IMG/VR virus record: IMGVR_UViG_3300035181_002344
Strand: one strand, 5' to 3'
DNA from: a virus
DNA length: 64,000 nt
Part shown: one piece after another, positions 59,663 through 64,000 of the stretch
Position numbering within the stretch: position 1 is the first letter of the stretch
Layout of the letters: each line of letters starts with the position of its first letter
Notes under the pieces: model-generated
Told to the model about the DNA's origin: nothing
Seen by the model: only the letters and a program-made list of their open reading frames with translations
The model's database searches: none
Program-made: the position numbers and the translations under genes

Positions 59663-60552
59663 AAATCATATCCTTTTTTAATTGCTTTAATGTTTTTTCT
59701 ATTATACAATTTATTAATAATTCCTGAGTTAAAATCTCTCAAAGCCTGAATTGTTCTTTCGTCGAATTTAGAATCAATATTAGCTTTGAAATCCGAATAA
59801 TATTTTAGTTTCTTTTTTACCATGATTGCCGTTTCTCTGCGGATATTATCCATAGAAATTAATGGACCAGGAGATTCCTTTGGAATATGTTTATGTCCTT
59901 TTGAGTCAAATAAACAGAATTGTCCCAATGCCTCTGCTTGGCCTAATATTGCGTTATATGGATTTAGCTTAAATTGCAAACTTAATATTGTAAGCGTTCT
60001 AATTAATGCTTGTATAAGCTTACTTTGAGGTGGCGCTGAGTTTTTAGAAACCGAATATTGTAATAATATGCCGATTGACCTTATGTTATTACATGCTGTA
60101 TTATATGTAATTTTATCAAAGTCCACTATCTTCTCAATTAGCCCATTTGAATTTATGAAAATATGATAGCTGAAACCTGGCAATGGCTTGCCTGGGGTAA
60201 CATCGTTCTTTTCTGATGTATCAAGTTTCATTAAGTCGAATGAAGACCATTGAGAATGATCGCTTGCGGCGATTATTATTGTATCGATTATCTCAGTATC
60301 TCTTGTTGGCCATTCGTTTGGATAGTCTTCTGCTATATCTTCGATTATCCATTGCTCGATTCGTGTTTTGCGCAATAAGCTTATTTCTAATTCGTCAATT
60401 TGTTGTTGTGTCGGATTGAGAAGTAGATGTCCCTTCCTTTTTATTATCGCTGGAGCTGGTGGGTTGAATAAGTTCGTAACTTTTCGTTTTGAAAAGCCCA
60501 GTTTTTGCGCGATACGTATCAAGATTTCGTATAATTTCAGACCAATGTTCAT
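59632..60552 (-). CDS. Amidase_2/PGRP-like protein lacking Zn ligands, with degenerate PG-binding domain
   Basis: TIIIAASD, GFSYHIFINSNG, NIRSIGI, ILGQAE and KESPG; C-terminal IDSKFDERTIQALRDF. Confidence 0.7.
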   Translation of the reverse strand: MNIGLKLYEILIRIAQKLGFSKRKVTNLFNPPAPAIIKRKGHLLLNPTQQQIDELEISLLRKTRIEQWIIEDIAEDYPNEWPTRDTEIIDTIIIAASDHSQWSSFDLMKLDTSEKNDVTPGKPLPGFSYHIFINSNGLIEKIVDFDKITYNTACNNIRSIGILLQYSVSKNSAPPQSKLIQALIRTLTILSLQFKLNPYNAILGQAEALGQFCLFDSKGHKHIPKESPGPLISMDNIRRETAIMVKKKLKYYSDFKANIDSKFDERTIQALRDFNSGIINKLYNRKNIKAIKKGYDLWKPTHKNQP

Positions 60553-61009
60553 TTATTATTCTCCGTATGTTTTCGGTGCTTATTTTTTCATCATAATTGA
60601 TGTGGATTAAATGAATGTTATTTTCTTTAGCAAGGCAAATTTTATTTTCATCACGCTCTATTTGTTCTGCGAAATTAACGTGCCGTGAGAAATCAGTCTT
60701 GCCATGGAAAAAGGGAGTGATCTTTGTATGTTGTATTCCTTGAACCTCTACGCCTAATCGAATATCTTTGATATAATAATCAAGTCTATAGGGGCCGATA
60801 GGATGTTGAGGGATTATTTTTAATTTCGGAAATATTTGTTTTAGGCAATCTCCTACGCTTTTCTCTAAATCTGACTTATTATGACGCTTTACTCCTTTTA
60901 ATGCAAATTCAACAGCCTCTGGAGTTAAATCTAGCTCTTTCATAATATCAGCTTCAGATTTCTTATTTACTAAGTATTCGTACTTAATTAAATTTACCAG
61001 CGTCTTCAT
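60395..61009 (-). CDS. DUF559/Vsr-like endonuclease
   Basis: SDLEK, PQHPIGPYRLDYYI..GVEVQGIQH..QIERDENK..NIHLIHINYDE. Confidence 0.7.
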   Translation of the reverse strand: MKTLVNLIKYEYLVNKKSEADIMKELDLTPEAVEFALKGVKRHNKSDLEKSVGDCLKQIFPKLKIIPQHPIGPYRLDYYIKDIRLGVEVQGIQHTKITPFFHGKTDFSRHVNFAEQIERDENKICLAKENNIHLIHINYDEKISTENIRRIINEHWSEIIRNLDTYRAKTGLFKTKSYELIQPTSSSDNKKEGTSTSQSDTTTN

Positions 61010-61283
61010 CTTTGATGAGCCCTTCTTTTTTAGCGATATTCATTAATGTGATCCATAGAATATCATCGTCAACAAAACGAACGCTCGATGGATTAATGAT
61101 GTCGCTCTTTTGATCGATTAATTCTTCAATATAATTCTCTTTGGTTGCGTATACATGATAAACAATGAACTTTCTATTTTTGTATTCGATAGTTCCTAAA
61201 TGTCTATATTTAACGCCATTGCTTTCATAGTCTCTAAGTTCTGAAGTGTAATTAAACACTTTTGCACTGATAATTTTACTCAT
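60984..61283 (-). CDS. Hypothetical protein
   Basis: 99-aa ORF within the operon. Confidence 0.55.
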   Translation of the reverse strand: MSKIISAKVFNYTSELRDYESNGVKYRHLGTIEYKNRKFIVYHVYATKENYIEELIDQKSDIINPSSVRFVDDDILWITLMNIAKKEGLIKDEDAGKFN

Positions 61284-61999
61284 AATTTACAGCTCCTGAT
61301 ATATTTGCAGTTCGAACAATGATATGTGTTTGATATTTTTGCGCCAGAATCCATTCTTATCATAATATTTCGTAGCTCATTAAGGGCCCGTTCCATCTCT
61401 CCTTTGGAGAATTTATAATTCAAAAGAGATAGTACGCCATTAGAAGTCTCCGAAAAATAGAGTATCATATATTGCTTGATTTCAATATTTAATTTGTGCT
61501 GCAATACCGCAGAGGTGAATCTTATTTGATTTTCTCTTGCGATGTCATCAACTTCCCATGAAAAAAACATAGGCATTATTGTTTTCTGTGGTGTTGTAAA
61601 AACAATAGGAATTGTATCATTATAATAAAGTCCGCCAACTTGATATGTCACGGGAAAATTGAAGCCGATAGGTCTATATCCTTTTTCTGCATATTCGCCT
61701 ACATATTGGTCTAAATAATATTTCTTGATTAGCATAAAGAAATTATTTAGCCTTATGCGATTCCAATTAAGCTCCTTTACTAACTCTTTTCTCGCTTTAC
61801 CAATAATGACGCTTAACGATCCAAATGCTGGCGGATAACCTAATTCCATTTCTCTAAAGAACATATACATGATTATCCGCCTTATTATTTTTGTCCTTAG
61901 TCTTATTGGTTGGCTTTCTGAAACATCGGAGTTGAAATTATAATAAAGCAGCGGACAAATTAAATATGCTTTGATATTTTCATATTTAATCTGTGTCAT
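61280..61999 (-). CDS. Cas4/AddB-like fold protein, probably nuclease-inactive
   Basis: IKAYLICPLLYY and HCSNCKYIRSC keep four Cys; no recognisable D..E/DxK motif. Confidence 0.6.
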   Translation of the reverse strand: MTQIKYENIKAYLICPLLYYNFNSDVSESQPIRLRTKIIRRIIMYMFFREMELGYPPAFGSLSVIIGKARKELVKELNWNRIRLNNFFMLIKKYYLDQYVGEYAEKGYRPIGFNFPVTYQVGGLYYNDTIPIVFTTPQKTIMPMFFSWEVDDIARENQIRFTSAVLQHKLNIEIKQYMILYFSETSNGVLSLLNYKFSKGEMERALNELRNIMIRMDSGAKISNTYHCSNCKYIRSCKL

Positions 62000-62000
62000 A

Positions 62001-64000
62001 TTATCCTATCTTTTTATTTAGATACGCTATATTTGTTGGTTTTGAATTATAAATATTTGCCATCATATCTCTTATGCCTTCGTGACACATATTTACATTA
62101 GCCGCATTTACCTCTGAATACATAGCTCTTGATGGATGAAAGAAATAATGGTTTTTACCTTTAAGATCGGTAAGCTTGTTTTTCCCTGTGACTAAAGAAA
62201 TGATTGGCATTTTTTTATTACTGCCTTCTTCTACGAAATACATATCGGTATCTTCATTGGTGTGCATTGGATTAAGCAAGTGACCTATCCAATCTGCATC
62301 ATATTCTACACCTTTGCTTTCTCTCATCATTTCATTGAGATTTTGATATCCGCCTTCCATCTTTCCCTTTCTATATTCAACGGTATAGAAAGAGGTTATT
62401 CCGTGTCGTTTTGATAAATCTTTAGCGGCATTTGACAATTCAGCTATTCTTTTATTATCATCGGCGGCATTTGCAAAATCTTTTAGCTTATACATATTGT
62501 CACAGAAATACCATATTTTTCTATCTGGAAAGTTTTGACGAGCAATATCAATCATCATATCGGCAGATGATAGATTTTTACCTTGCTCGCTGCCTTTTAA
62601 TATTAGGCGACCTTCTTTTGTCCACATCATTAATTTATTATAAGCTTCTTCTCTTGCTATGAGGAAGTCTTCTCTATCTGGCGCATCATATTTCCATGGG
62701 AATGCAACATGATTGATTGTCGCTTTTTTGAAAGATTCATATGCTAATGATGCAACAAAACGTGGGATAATTTTATTGCGCGGATCATCTAGTGTATGAA
62801 AAATGATAGTTATATCATTAAAGCGTTCGTCGTCATATGGAGTGCCTAGCGTAACATCTCCTTCATGAGCATCGAGTATATTTCTTATGAGATTAATGAT
62901 GAAGCTTGTTTTTCCAGAATTTGGCTGTCCACCTAACAATAGTACAGCTTCTGATATCATACCATCTATCATTCGTTCAAAATATGGCCAGCTCTTTAGA
63001 TATACAGATCTAAATGCATCTGGTTGCTCTGATAGCATTTTGAACTTTCTGATATAATCATATGATTCGCTGTGGTCAAATGAAAAGCGTTCATATTGTT
63101 GAGTGATATTGCGAATATTTGATAGGCCTTCGTGCAAAATAACTGAGGCATCGTTGGGATTTTTCTTTAGCTTAACAATGATATTGTCAACCAATGCATC
63201 GGTTTCCATTTTGAGCTTAATTTGTCTTTCATTGCTAAGCATTGCAATATCTTTGCGAATAGATTCTAATGGAATATCTGTGATTTCAGAAAGGATTTTG
63301 GCCATTCGATCACGTTCGATATTCGATTTCTCATTGATTATGAGAGGAATGGTTTGCTCTGCAATTTCATAACCAGTGAGATCTGTCTGTTCTTTTAATT
63401 GCTTGATTCTCCATTCAAAAGTTGTAAAATGCGGCAAATTCATAATTCCCTTTTTGCCCTCTTTACGAACTAATTCATCTGGATCCATTCCTTCTGGCAT
63501 CAAGGCAATACGCACTCTAAAATTACGAATACCTTCCATTAGCTTTGTTACCATATCGCCGGCTTTCTTTTTACCAACTTCGTCGCCATCAAGCAGAATT
63601 ACTATATCATTTATTCCAACTGATTGCAATTTTGCAATATGTCCATTGGTTAATTCTGTGCCATTTAATGCGACGGCCTTGATTCCTGCTAAATCTAAAG
63701 CTATGGCATCTGTTTGACCTTCAACAATATAAACCGATCCGAAATGACTTTTTGTTTTAATAACTCTATGTAGGTTATAGAGTAATTCGCTTTTAATGAA
63801 AAAGTCTGTGGTTTTTGTATTGTAGTATTTTGAGCTGCCATCTTCTTTGTTATAAACGCAGTTTCTCGCAGAAAATCCTCTGGGCACTCCATATTCATCT
63901 GCTATCGTAAATATTAAGTTATCTTTAGCAAATAGTTTGGGTACAATGCCAGCTTTTTCTATGAGTTTTTCGCTATAACCTGCTTTTATAAGTTTGCGAA
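62001..64000 (-). CDS. DNA primase (DnaG-like TOPRIM) - DnaB-like helicase fusion, 5' partial
   Basis: Frame is open to the window end (LIEKAGI..NLIFTIADEYGVPRGFSAR). Primase motifs SKYYNT, IVEGQTD, LLDGDEVG and DPDE. Helicase motifs Walker A GGQPNSGKTS and ESKGVEYDAD. Confidence 0.9.
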   Translation of the reverse strand, partial: RKLIKAGYSEKLIEKAGIVPKLFAKDNLIFTIADEYGVPRGFSARNCVYNKEDGSSKYYNTKTTDFFIKSELLYNLHRVIKTKSHFGSVYIVEGQTDAIALDLAGIKAVALNGTELTNGHIAKLQSVGINDIVILLDGDEVGKKKAGDMVTKLMEGIRNFRVRIALMPEGMDPDELVRKEGKKGIMNLPHFTTFEWRIKQLKEQTDLTGYEIAEQTIPLIINEKSNIERDRMAKILSEITDIPLESIRKDIAMLSNERQIKLKMETDALVDNIIVKLKKNPNDASVILHEGLSNIRNITQQYERFSFDHSESYDYIRKFKMLSEQPDAFRSVYLKSWPYFERMIDGMISEAVLLLGGQPNSGKTSFIINLIRNILDAHEGDVTLGTPYDDERFNDITIIFHTLDDPRNKIIPRFVASLAYESFKKATINHVAFPWKYDAPDREDFLIAREEAYNKLMMWTKEGRLILKGSEQGKNLSSADMMIDIARQNFPDRKIWYFCDNMYKLKDFANAADDNKRIAELSNAAKDLSKRHGITSFYTVEYRKGKMEGGYQNLNEMMRESKGVEYDADWIGHLLNPMHTNEDTDMYFVEEGSNKKMPIISLVTGKNKLTDLKGKNHYFFHPSRAMYSEVNAANVNMCHEGIRDMMANIYNSKPTNIAYLNKKIG

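Noticed and set aside
56886-61999. Cas4-like genes as a CRISPR-Cas system
   Set aside because: No cas1/cas2, effector genes or array; solo Cas4-like nucleases are common in phage replication modules
1728-63898. Many short antisense or alternate-frame ORFs in the track (e.g. 1728..1967, 31446..31838, 38720..39073, 63376..63717)
   Set aside because: They are nested within well-supported genes and have no recognisable motifs; most likely shadow ORFs
1-64000. Alternative genetic code (stop-codon reassignment)
   Set aside because: Long genes are intact and tightly packed in code 11; TAA, TGA and TAG all serve as stops
1-64000. tRNA, rRNA, introns, inteins or integrase
   Set aside because: Intergenic gaps are short and I saw no cloverleaf, splice or intein motif, or recombinase signature

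Overview
This window is part of a large, AT-rich tailed phage genome with a contractile tail (myovirus-like), read in the standard genetic code with clear Shine-Dalgarno sites. Positions 1-55248 (+ strand) form one virion-morphogenesis region: capsid, neck, sheath, several tube paralogs, duplicated tail chaperones, a tape-measure-like protein, a baseplate hub with an M23 peptidase domain, baseplate wedge proteins, many fibre/receptor-binding proteins and lysis-like membrane proteins. Positions 55347-64000 (- strand) are a convergent replication/recombination block: primase-helicase fusion, two Cas4/AddB-like proteins, a DUF559-like nuclease, a RusA-like resolvase, a dNMP kinase and a sigma-like protein. 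The main finding is a 1564-aa protein between the tape measure and baseplate hub. It carries ordered motifs of a single-chain two-barrel (beta/beta'-like) RNA polymerase, including RHP...ADYDRDQ, so it is a candidate virion-packaged RNAP. Other notable items: a fixed-spacing intergenic motif AATCGAT-N16-TTGATT, an amidase-like protein lacking all three Zn ligands in the replication block, a plug-and-socket chain of fibre proteins, and an unannotated 13-aa basic peptide gene. All family assignments come from motif recognition by eye; no database searches were run.
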